From positions 62,001 to 87,980 of the forward strand of contig JAVECO010000094.1 in assembly GCA_051942205.1 (NCBI GenBank): 25,980 bases of DNA. The letters are read 5' to 3'. Position numbers and translations under genes: made by a program. This document shows positions 1 to 10,111 of this stretch, in pieces. This DNA comes from Coniocarpon cinnabarinum (Eukaryota). Below the pieces are notes generated by a model, which worked only from the letters and a program-made list of their open reading frames with translations, had not been told where the DNA came from and ran no database searches. The first letter of the stretch is position 1; each line of letters starts with the position of its first letter.

Positions 1-1090
1 TTGTCGCTGCACCACGCTGTCCAAACACCTCTCGACCATCACCTACATCCGTTCCGTCTGCTCCCCGTCGAGGACGAACTCTCGCGTCTCCGCGTGTGCC
101 ACCTCCATGCAGAGATCACACTCATGTTGCAACGTTGGCTTCGCGCGTCTGACGGAGAATGACGCAAGTAGCTTTGGGCTCCTGCTGTGAATGACGTGGC
201 GCAGATATCTGCCTCACGCAGGATGCGAGTGGTCGCTCCAAGGTGAGATGAGTCGGCCCTGGAGTACTAAGTCCAGCATTTGCTCTGCTCGGCTGCGAAC
301 TTGACGGCTACTTTGATTGCCTCGTTGCTTGTGTGTGAGGCATCATGTCGATTCAACTTATACAATGGTATGAGAACTCAGAACTATTTTGTCTGATATC
401 GAATCCTAGATTCAATGATTAGGGAACTCCCTCCTTTCAGCGCTCCTTCAGACGTGGATGCTTAACCCGCGCTCTAGAAGTGACTCCTCTGCGTGCGTTG
501 ATATTGAGATTAGATGTACTGCTGAGCTTGCATCTTCAATAGACCAATCTCTCGGCGCAGTTACTCATCAATTTTCCTATGGCGGACTGCACCCTTAAGC
601 CTGAAAAACTATTTTGAATGAATACATAGAACACTATTCGTTAAACTAGAATCTCTTTTTAATATATGAATAATAAGGACATACTACAAGTTCCTATTGT
701 ACTTCTAGTCTATGGCAGCAAGGACACAAGACAAGAGAGGCAGAAGTATGGTGACCTTTTACGTGGACAGTCTACGTTCCTGGTGATGGCGTCCTGCCGG
801 GAAAGAGCTTGATTTCTCTTTGAAGCCGTGGCCATCAACGAAGTGCTTGTGGTCTTCAGACCATGCATCCGATTCAGGACTATCAACATTCCAACGCCAC
901 TATGCCTGTATAAGCTTACCGACTTGAATTATGCCTCCATGAACCCCGTACCTCCATTCCTTTATGCCGTACTCCATCAAATTTGAACCCGTACTCCGTC
1001 ACAAGACTTTATCCCAAACTCAGTTAATTAACATGTCCTGCTAACCATCCGCCGCCTATGCTTCTTCCTCATCTTCTGTATCGTAAGGGA

Positions 1091-2503
1091 TTACTGAGCA
1101 ATCGACGAACTGGCCTTCAACACCTTGGGAGGAGGTAACTCCGTCTTGAACACGCGGTCCCAGAAGCGACTTGTCACGCCGAAGCCGTTTTCGTAGTCGG
1201 CGAAGTGGTGTTGGAGGTGGTATTTCTTCAGTTCGCGGTAGTGCAGTGGCAAACTAGTCATTCGTCAGTCTCTCATCCTCGTTATTCACACTATCCCCCC
1301 GCCACCCATCAACGCCTCCGCAATATGAGCAGTAGCGGTCCGTGCACACGATAAGATAAACGGACGCCCCAGGGATTCAAAGGGTAGGAGAAGGGGAGGG
1401 TGGATACTTACTTCTTATGATGCAAGAAGTAATGCGTCAAATCGTAGCAGATGTATCCGAAAATGCCACCACAGTAGACAGCGACGGCGGCGTTCCAGTC
1501 GTAGAAGAAGACGGAGTGGGCTAGATACCAGAAGGGCGTCGCGAGGACGATGAAGAGGGTTGGTGGCATCACGAGACGGAGGCGGTCCATGGGGAGGTAG
1601 TGGTGGATTCCGTGGAGGAGGAAGTGGAGGGTTAGGAAGACGCGGTTGTCGGGAAGGTAGCTGTACTCGTCAGCTTTTCCACACTCGCAAGATTGAGCAA
1701 AGCCGGGAAAGAACTCACTGATCCACGTGAAACAAACATCGATGCAATCCATACTCAACTAAAGTCCAAATCCCCAACCCCAAAAACCAATACGCCATCG
1801 TGACGCCTACACTCTCTAATCCAAACCCCGCTAATATACTTCCGTAAACGACGCCCGGCATCCACACAGCAGGCACAACCCACCACGGCGTCTTACTCAG
1901 CGGCTCCAAAAAGTTCCCAAACAGCGGCGCCGACTGTCCTCCCTTGTAATGTCGCGGCCTATGCACCTGCTCCAGATAAAACTCTTTTGAAAATCCACCG
2001 AACCAGACTTGTGCGAGGAGCGGTCGTGAGAGGTCGAGGAACTGATGTCGTTGGTAATCGGCCGTCGTGTCTGTTTCCCTGGATAAATCCGCCTCCGAAG
2101 ACATGCCCGTTGCGGCAAAGACTTCGCGTCCACCATCCATTTTGTACATTTCGCGCTCCAAGTCCTTCGCTCCAGCGCCAGTCGCCGGTAAAGGCACGAT
2201 CTCCTCCGGGTGATCAGACGCGGTGACGGCGTCGATTACGGGACTCGAGGCTACATAGCCGACAAAGTGCTCTTCGAGAATGTCGTATGCGGCGTCAGAA
2301 TGCGCATGCGACACGTCGTCTTCCATAATGGTCTTGACATCTTTGCCTGCGTATTCGAGAATCAGTTCACCCCCGCCAGGATGATCTTCCAGGAACGGGG
2401 TAATGTCGTAGACGCGGGCGCCGAGGGTGACGTAGCAGGAGTCGGAGGTGTCATGGGATGCGACGTCGGATTGTGGAAGCGTAGGAATGGTTTTGGTGGC
2501 CAT
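1091..2503 (-). CDS. SCS7: Sphingolipid/ceramide very-long-chain fatty acid alpha-hydroxylase (cytochrome b5 + fatty acid hydroxylase domains); exons 2503-1719, 1660-1412, 1253-1091; 398 aa
   Basis: N-terminal cytochrome b5 HPGG motif; His boxes HRCLFH, HGIHH, HYFLHH, HLQHH; C-terminal GFGVTSRFWDRVF. Introns 1718-1661 (GTGAGT..GCTGAC..CAG) and 1411-1254 (GTAAGT..ACTGAC..TAG) keep the frame to TAA at 1093-1091. Confidence 0.95.
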
Positions 2504-3507
2504 ATTGATTGCGGTGAGATTGAAGAGGGAGGAAAGGGGAGTGGCGAGGGGTATTTGCGCCGCGCGATGGGCGTCGCGATTAGTAGAGGATGCAAGAGGT
2601 CAAAGGAGCGACTTTGCAATAGTTTAACAGACTGTGACGGATCAAAGGCGAAGGTGAAGACGTTACTGTTCAGTTTTGTGAATGGCGTAGGAAGACACAA
2701 AAGGTACGTGCTGTTGAACAAATAATTATTTCCTTGGGCTACCGAGATTCAGGGTCCGCAGGTGAACTATCTCGGGTTCGGCCGCGGGTCTCGGGCGACG
2801 CCAAGAATGCAAGAGTTCTAGGGATCCCTGTAACTTCTACATGGCTATTTGAGGCGGGTGGACTCTTTTTCTATGATTTTGAGCTCAGTGATGCGTTCTT
2901 TGCATTCTTTGCTGCATCATGGAATATGCTCTGGTGCGTCTAGTGGTATCACGGGTGACGCTGCTACTGGCGCATCCTGGACATTCTACCAAGTGCTGAG
3001 TAGCCAGACTACGTTCCGTTTCTCGGGTTGGGTTACATAGATCGGTAGAGCTAATAGATCTAGAAATCCTTCCAGGAATTGCAATGTTCAAGACTTTAGC
3101 GGAAGCATACTACCATGAAAAGCCGCCACCACCACTTGATTTTTTAGCAACGTGATTAAGCGGTCTCAAATGTAGAGCATGCCAAGGTCCAACTATTGGT
3201 ATATGACATTGACTCAAATATTTGGGCCGCCTTCCATCTGCGACTCGCGTTGGGCAACTTGCAGAATCGAGGTATTGACAGCGCATTCCAGGTTGGTACT
3301 TGAAGACCAGAATCACGTGCGAAAGGGATCGGAGCTCATGACTCGATCACTCTACGTCATACCTCTCAGAGTTGTAACGTGTTTTCAGACGCACAACGCA
3401 GCTTCGCCTTCCTGAGTCTATTGCAACACAAGCCATTCGCAACGTAAATCGCTCTAAGGAAACTAATTAACATCTCAGCAAGCTCTTCTGATTAGCATTG
3501 CACCAAT

Positions 3508-4097
3508 ATGTCTGCTACCCTTAACGACAACGCGGCCAAGGCCGTCTCCAACCAAGAGGGCGAGGTGGGGTCTCATGTCCCACGCACAGGACCACAGACA
3601 ACTCACGGCGTGAGTATATTCCTACCTATACATAGACTCATTAGTTGACATTACCAGCATCAACCTGGCCAAATCGTCGGCAACGACAACATCCCCACCT
3701 CCCACGTCCAAACGCTGCCACCAGGTAAGAAAATCCATCCACATCACCTCTTCATCAGTTATGATTACTGACAATCCCAGGCACCGCACCCGCTCAAAAC
3801 ACATTCGCACCCAACACCCAAGCAAGCTCCGTGCCCGGCCAGGCCGACAACCCGGAGTCCGTCAACCCTGAAACTGAAGGCCAGGGCGCCACGGCGGCTT
3901 TGGATACGTTCCCAGGTGCCACGTCTGGCACCATGAACACGGGCTTGGGCAAGCCTATGCAGGGAGAGACGTCGGCGGAGAAACACCATGATGGGCAGGC
4001 TCACCGCAAGCATCAGGGTCAGGGATTGCAGGGTGTGGGTGCTTCTGAGGCGGGACACTTTGATCAGCAGGGGAGCACGGGCAAGCGTGTGCCGTGA
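3508..4097 (+). CDS. Small hydrophilic Gly/Gln/Thr/Pro-rich uncharacterised fungal protein; exons 3508-3609, 3658-3724, 3781-4097; 161 aa
   Basis: ATG at 3508; introns 3610-3657 (GTGAGT..GTTGAC..CAG) and 3725-3780 (GTAAGA..ACTGAC..CAG) join MSATLNDNAAKAVSNQEGEVGSHVPRTGPQTTHG / HQPGQIVGNDNIPTSHVQTLPP / GTAPAQNTF... in frame with ORF 3831..4097. Confidence 0.85.
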
Positions 4098-4317
4098 ACT
4101 CCTTACGTTGGCATTGAGTGTCTCACGATGATGAGAGATGAGACGAATTGAGGATCTTAGCAGATCTTGCTCATGAGGGTCGAGTCATTGGCTCGGGAAC
4201 ATGGTTCTCATAGTTTTCGAGACCTTTGAACGATCATAAGAAACGAAAATGCCCGGTGCTGTATAGCATGTGGCGTGGCACGCATTACTTTTTGATCTTC
4301 TCTCTTGTCTACGGTGC

Positions 4318-6126
4318 CTAGTCGTCCCCAAAGCCTTCCCACTCATCGTCGCTGTCTACTTGCCTATTATCACCGGCAGCCTGTCTCGACATCTCTCTTT
4401 CCACACCATTACTTGAACCTCGACCGTCTCCACTGATAGTTCGCTCGAAAGCGCAAACAAAGAATCCCATAGTCCCCTCAGAAGTACCCTTATCACATCG
4501 CAAACAAGCCTCAGCAAGTTCGTCAGCTCTGACCTTACTCATATCCGCCTCCATCTCCTTTGCCTTCCCGAGAAACGCCACTGGCCGTCCCCTTTTTGGC
4601 CAGTTTCTCAAACCCACAGGTTGACTGTCCCTTCTGAGAGGCCGCCACTCGCCATGCTCGGCACCAGCTTGACTCTGCAGTGCTTCGAGCACAACATGCT
4701 CGTCTTCTTCCGGATGGATGGAGCAGGTCGAATATACGATGTGTGAGCACCGTGGGAAGGACATGGCGTGCTTGAGCATTGTGATTTGGAAGCTTGAGAG
4801 GCGTTTGAGACGCGCTTGTAGTACTTCGACGCTTTGCTCTTCTGCACTTGGATCTTTACTGCCACTGGAGATAAATCTGTCACCGTTCGATATAGCTGCT
4901 TGAGTTGAGACGGGCTGGGACGTAGACCCATTCTGCCCGCTGCGCTTTCGCTTCCGACCTTGCTTCGAGGATGCCGCCTGGGAGTGTGGCACAGAGTGTC
5001 GTGGCAAGACAAGCTTGTATGTAGTTTCAGGCTCGCCTTCATCACGACCGACGATGCCGCTGCCAGAACAGCTCGGATCTAGCAGGATACTTGTGACGTT
5101 TGCGAAGCGTACATGATCGGCTCGAAGCTTCAGAAAATCTTGTTTGGCTAGAATGCTGACACGATCAGATGCACCAGCTGTAGCTACCATGCTTTCAAGT
5201 GTCTTGGCTCTTTCTGGGTCTCGTTCGACTGCAAAGATAGTACCACCCCGAATAGATCTGTGATTAGTGGTAAGATTGCTCGAGTTGTTGGCCCGAGCCT
5301 CATCACATAGGGCAGCTAAGTGCGTGGTCTTGTTTCCAGGAGCTGCGCACGCATCGAGAATGTCGTCGCTTCCAGAGGAGGTACCTGGATTTAGAAGTAG
5401 TGCTGGGAAGCATGAGGCTTTATCTTGGAGGATGATGCGACCTTCTTTATAGGCTGAAGTGCCGGTCAGGTCGGTGCCAGGCGGCGTAGCGATCAGGTTG
5501 GGGACATGATCATCGACTGCGAAGCCTAAGGCATTGTCGTTGGGCATACTTCGCGCGCTGTTGAGGTTTTTAATGGATTGCAATTGCTTCCAGCCCTTGA
5601 AGATACCATCACGTAGCTCGTGATCTAAACTCGTCTTCAACGTATTGATCCTCACCCATCGAGGGTGTATGAACCTCGAATCATCCGTTGGAACGGCATC
5701 CTCAGAGCTTAATGGATCCACCGCCAACAGCTTTGCTTTCCATGCTTCTAGACTTCCACAGCCAGCTTTCAATCTCGCACGAGTGAAGTTGGAGCTCAGG
5801 CGAGCTTGATGCCGTTCCACGGACTTTCTGAGCACATGTTCCTTCGGGGCAGCGATCCCACCCTTTGAGAGTAACAAATCATGTACCGTCAGCAAAGCTA
5901 GACATGGCGTGAGCTTCTTTTCTTCTTCTAGCAATCCAGTCGCTTCGATGATCGGAGCGAGAGCCTGAGACCATTTCGTGGCTTCGATAACAAGAGCGTA
6001 TACTTGTGTCGGTTTGCTCTTGAGATCCTTGGTACCGAAGACGCGACTTTTCAATGATCCTTGGGCGATCGCAACGTTGTCGTTGGAAGTTTCAAGGAAG
6101 CGAGCCGCTTCGTAATAAAGGGTCAT
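4318..6126 (-). CDS. RCM1: 25S rRNA cytosine-C5 methyltransferase (NSUN5/Rcm1 family); apparently single exon; 602 aa
   Basis: PRWVRINTLK, LQDKASC, ILDACAAPGNKTTHLA (SAM-binding motif), LLDPSCSGSG, VYSTCS. First ATG (MTLYYEAA) is at 6126; the ORF-track start at 6279 is a TTG. Confidence 0.93.
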   Translation of the reverse strand: MTLYYEAARFLETSNDNVAIAQGSLKSRVFGTKDLKSKPTQVYALVIEATKWSQALAPIIEATGLLEEEKKLTPCLALLTVHDLLLSKGGIAAPKEHVLRKSVERHQARLSSNFTRARLKAGCGSLEAWKAKLLAVDPLSSEDAVPTDDSRFIHPRWVRINTLKTSLDHELRDGIFKGWKQLQSIKNLNSARSMPNDNALGFAVDDHVPNLIATPPGTDLTGTSAYKEGRIILQDKASCFPALLLNPGTSSGSDDILDACAAPGNKTTHLAALCDEARANNSSNLTTNHRSIRGGTIFAVERDPERAKTLESMVATAGASDRVSILAKQDFLKLRADHVRFANVTSILLDPSCSGSGIVGRDEGEPETTYKLVLPRHSVPHSQAASSKQGRKRKRSGQNGSTSQPVSTQAAISNGDRFISSGSKDPSAEEQSVEVLQARLKRLSSFQITMLKHAMSFPRCSHIVYSTCSIHPEEDEHVVLEALQSQAGAEHGEWRPLRRDSQPVGLRNWPKRGRPVAFLGKAKEMEADMSKVRADELAEACLRCDKGTSEGTMGFFVCAFERTISGDGRGSSNGVEREMSRQAAGDNRQVDSDDEWEGFGDD

Positions 6127-6490
6127 TGAGAAAATCCTTCCCTTGAGACGTTGTCGAGTGAAGGCAAGACGAAAAAGGCTAGCGTGGTCTTGAAAAAGGC
6201 GTGTCGCAGCCACTGTGACTTCGATATTGCCATGAGAGCAGTGAAACAAGTTTATTGCAAGGGATGGTGTTTTGTACAAATTTTGCGAGTCTTGAGAGCA
6301 GACAGGGACTCAATAGCTAGAGGTATAAGAACTGCTTTGGTGAAAGAGAACGGCAAGTTAAAACACTTGCTATCTTGAGCATTCTTGGAAGAATCGCGTG
6401 ATTGCATTCAAGAACACGAAAGAGGCCGCGTCTTCTCTCATTTAGATTGCAGAGACGAGGGAAGCTCGAGGTCGTTGAAGGTCGTGCAGG
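6127..6490. promoter_or_regulatory. Probable shared divergent promoter region, RCM1/FSF1
   Basis: Head-to-head start codons only 364 nt apart. Confidence 0.55.
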
Positions 6491-7639
6491 ATGTCGTCCT
6501 CACTTCCCGGCGAGCGTGAGCTGCCAGCCTCTCAATTCGACCTGAATACGTACTGGGGCAGAGTACGGCAATCAATGCAAATAACAGACCCCAGGTGCGT
6601 TCCTTTAGAGTCCTTCTTCAGTACTCGATAACGCTTTAAGAGCGGCTTCAAGAGCTGCTAGATTCGAGTCCCTCGAGACATGCTGACCCTATCCAGAACC
6701 CTCCTCACAACACCCACCCAATTGCAACACGCCAAAGGTCTCCTAACAAACTACAAAACCTCCCCAACAACACCCCAAATGACGCCCGACCTCTGGCACG
6801 CGAAGAAGGTCGTAGACGCAACGTTGCACCCCGACACAGGCAAACAAGTCCTCCTTCCCTTCCGCATGTCCTGCTTCGTCCTCTCCAACCTCGTTGTCAC
6901 AGCCGGCATGCTAACGCCTAACATGGGCACACGTGGAACGCTGGCATGGCAATTCGCGAATCAGAGTCTCAACGTTTGTATCAATGCTAGTAATGCGAAT
7001 AAATCGAGTCCGCTGAGCTATCGGGATATGGGAATTAGCTACGCCATGGCTGTGACGGCTTCGTGTGGAGTGGCTGTAGGGTTGAATGGGTTGGTGCCGC
7101 GGTTGAGGGTCAGAGAGGGTTTACGAGTGGTGTTGGGGAGATTGGTGCCGTTCGTGGCGGTTGCATCCGCGGGGGCTTTGAATTGTTTCTTGATGAGGGG
7201 AGGTGAGCTAAGGGAAGGAATTGACGTGTTTCCTCATTTTGAGGCTCGCCAAAACGCAAGGGATGAGGGTAAGGCGAAGTCGCAAAAAAAGGCGGAGGCG
7301 TGGTCTTCGAATGATTCGGAGTCAGTTGGGAGATCGAAGAAGGCGGCTTTGATTGCTGTTTCAGAGACAGCGGCCAGTCGTGTCATCAACGCCACACCTG
7401 TCATGGCTATTCCACCGCTTATTTTGATTACATTACAGAGACGGAGCAAGTGGTTGCAAGCGAGACCACGGATGGTGTTGCCAGTGAACCTGGGGCTCAT
7501 CTTTGCCACAAGCGTGTTTGCATTGCCATTGGCACTTGCAGTATTTCCGCAACGTGAGTTTGTGAGCGCAAGAAAATTAGAGACCGAGATCGAAGAGAAG
7601 GTACCAAGTGGAATGGTGTGGTTCAATAGGGGAATATAA
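6491..7639 (+). CDS. FSF1: Mitochondrial sideroflexin; exons 6491-6594, 6697-7639; 348 aa
   Basis: Exon 1 encodes MSSSLPGERELPASQFDLNTYWGRVRQSMQITDP(R). Intron 6595-6696 is GTGCGT..GCTGAC..CAG. Family motifs HPDTG, PFRMS, WQFANQSLN, PFVAVASAG, LAVFPQ, and terminal FNRGI. Confidence 0.95.
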
Positions 7640-8060
7640 TCGAGGTATGGAGTGTACTTGGGGTAACGACAAAGCACGAAAAGCCAAATGTGAGCGTTCA
7701 AAGCCAGGCGTTGGGATGCGTAGGATTTGAGTTAGGGTCGTTGAAGTAGACTCTTTGAGTATCTCAGGCTCGTAGCCTGCTTAGATTACTAAAACAATGA
7801 CAAGCACCGTCTGCACGGAGCCATTCTCGTCTCGCCCTGATCCTTCTGCCTTGCCAGTCACGGAGAGGGCACCCGGCACGGAGAGTATGATGATCTCGTC
7901 GCTGCCTCACGCTCACAGTTTCGAGGCAGAATCATTCAACATGCAATTTCCTCGCTATGCCAGTTCGAGGGGGATCAATAGTCAACTTGCTCCCGCGATG
8001 AATGAAAGTGGTTCCGTCCTTATTCATGCCTCGCCACTCACCCTTTTGGAGCTCGGCATG

Positions 8061-9689
8061 CTAAGCCGCATCGTCAATCAACCTCTCTCTCCCCAGCCTC
8101 GTCATTGCGCTGGCAAGAGCTCGCTTCTCTTTCCCGTCGATTTCAAGTGCGTTCACCCAGTCGCGTAATTGCACATCTTTACCTTCTGGTCCATCTTCAC
8201 GCCACACGCCAAATTTGCGGTCGAACCCTTTATTCGGGAGTCCATCTTTGCCAAGCTCGTTCGGATCTGCCACTTTCTTGACAGCTTTGGGACCGGCTCC
8301 AAGACCAGGCGTGCCGCTTCGACTTCCGCCTAAGCCGGGTGTGCCTGCTCCACTGCCGCCTTTGCTGCCAGCGCCACCAGTCAGCCAGCTATATTTCTTC
8401 TTGCCACCACCAAGCGCCATGTTCAACGCAGAGTTGGCCTGCTTCATCTGCACTTCTTCAGATACGTCCTGTTTGGCGAGGCGTTCACGCTCTTTCTTCG
8501 TCATCTTGGGTTCCGGTGCAATGAGATTGTTGGGACCAGGGGTATTGCCACTGCCATTGGTAAGAGCGCCATTGACCGACGTTTCGCCATTGGCCCCAGC
8601 TGAACCCGCGTTTGCAGCAGCTTCTTTGCGGGCTCGGCGCTCGGCGCGCTTCTTGAGGCGTCTCTCTTCAGCTTGGCGGTCAGCTCGCGTGATGTGCGCC
8701 AGAGCGTCTGCAACCGAGAATGGTCGTTGAGGTTTTGAGGGTTCGGTGTGAGGCGTGTCTCCATTGGTCTGGGTAGCCTCTGGCTGTGGCGGAGGAGCTG
8801 CGAGGTCAGTCCACTCTTCAGGAACAACACCATCACTAGTAATTTGTCGTCCGCGCGTAAGAGCAAATGCATCCTCGATCAAATTTCGTATCCGCTCGCT
8901 CGCCGCTAAACTCAGCAGGCTCATGATGTGGTCCAATGGTACGCCTTTGTTGAGAATAGAGGGCGCCTTTTCCATTTGGACGATGCTTCCTCCTCCTTCC
9001 TCCGCATGCTTCATCTCCTTGACTTCCTTGTTCTCGCCTTCCTTGCCCTTGTTGATCTTGTCGAACAGACCAGTCATTGGAATTTTGATGCCATTGTCGT
9101 TCGCGATCCGCTCCATTCTCGATCGCATGCTGCTACCATAAAGAAAGGGGTTTTCCATTTCGCGTTGATGTGCCTCATTGCGCTCCCGGATCGCCACCCT
9201 CTGCTTCTCCTCGAGCTCTTGCGAGATCTCATCTTCGCTTTTGACAGGTGCGCCCAGGTTCCCCGGCCGCTGGCCAATGGACGGAAACGATCCTGATGAC
9301 AGTAAGTCAAAGTTGGAAGACTGTTGTGGCCGATAGGATTGATGATTTAAGAACGAGTTGTTGGTCGGAGGCGCTTGCTGCTCTCGGCGGTATGACTGCA
9401 GGAGGAACTCCTCTTCCTGCTTCTCATTGACACCACTGTTGAAAAGCAAATCGCCAATGTCGTTGATGTCCGTGCGCTTCGTCGACTCCTGATCATCCTG
9501 TTGATGTTTCCCTTGCTGCTGCGAAGAGCCTTGTGCGTGAGAGTAGCGAGGGGCTGGGGTTTTGAATGTGACTGAGGGTGCAGGTGGTGACATCTTCTGG
9601 CGCTTTGGCGAGCGCTCGTTGGGAGAGCCGCCATTTTGTGTTGGATAGCCCGTGGGCAGGTAGCTGCCACCATTTGACTGGTAAGACAT
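8061..9689 (-). CDS. TAF4: Transcription initiation factor TFIID subunit 4 (histone-fold TAF4); 542 aa
   Basis: DINDIGDLL..GVNEKQEE, PFL, LSLAASERIRNLIE histone-fold segment, ANSALNMALGG..KKYSWLT, and VQLRDWVNALE conserved C-terminal motif. Confidence 0.88.
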   Translation of the reverse strand: MSYQSNGGSYLPTGYPTQNGGSPNERSPKRQKMSPPAPSVTFKTPAPRYSHAQGSSQQQGKHQQDDQESTKRTDINDIGDLLFNSGVNEKQEEEFLLQSYRREQQAPPTNNSFLNHQSYRPQQSSNFDLLSSGSFPSIGQRPGNLGAPVKSEDEISQELEEKQRVAIRERNEAHQREMENPFLYGSSMRSRMERIANDNGIKIPMTGLFDKINKGKEGENKEVKEMKHAEEGGGSIVQMEKAPSILNKGVPLDHIMSLLSLAASERIRNLIEDAFALTRGRQITSDGVVPEEWTDLAAPPPQPEATQTNGDTPHTEPSKPQRPFSVADALAHITRADRQAEERRLKKRAERRARKEAAANAGSAGANGETSVNGALTNGSGNTPGPNNLIAPEPKMTKKERERLAKQDVSEEVQMKQANSALNMALGGGKKKYSWLTGGAGSKGGSGAGTPGLGGSRSGTPGLGAGPKAVKKVADPNELGKDGLPNKGFDRKFGVWREDGPEGKDVQLRDWVNALEIDGKEKRALASAMTRLGRERLIDDAA

Positions 9690-10111
9690 GTTTGTTGAAA
9701 GAGAAGGGGCTGTGGCGCGGCCCTTGGTGATGGAGTTGCAGGAGGTTGAAGGAATGACGATGGTGGAGCTGCGGTAGATATTCGTGCACAGACCACTTGA
9801 CAGCTTGTGCTTTAGGCAGTTCTACTGCTTTGACGCGACTTCATTCCTTGCTCAATTTACAACCTGTTGTTCAACAGATGCAATCGAAGGGCCCAAAACC
9901 GTCTCAAAGTACTCCAATCAAGTTCTACGACTCAGCTTGCGGTTCGGAGAGCTCGAATTCCTCTTCTTCCGGTCTTGTTAGCCCACTTATTGGATTAGTA
10001 TCACCCGCGACACGGTAAACGATGCACGTGCGCGATTGGTGACGGTCTGACTGCGCGTTTGTCGCCGAGTAATTGGGAACAAGGGTAAAATATCTTAGTC
10101 TCGTTTCCAAT
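9690..10111. promoter_or_regulatory. Probable shared divergent promoter region, TAF4/YSH1
   Basis: Head-to-head start codons only 422 nt apart. Confidence 0.55.

Noticed and set aside
1..162. Possible coding fragment at the window edge
   Set aside because: Short open frames with no recognisable motif, so no call is supportable.
6127..6279. 51-aa N-terminal extension of RCM1 in the ORF track
   Set aside because: Starts at TTG; family-like sequence begins at the ATG at 6126.
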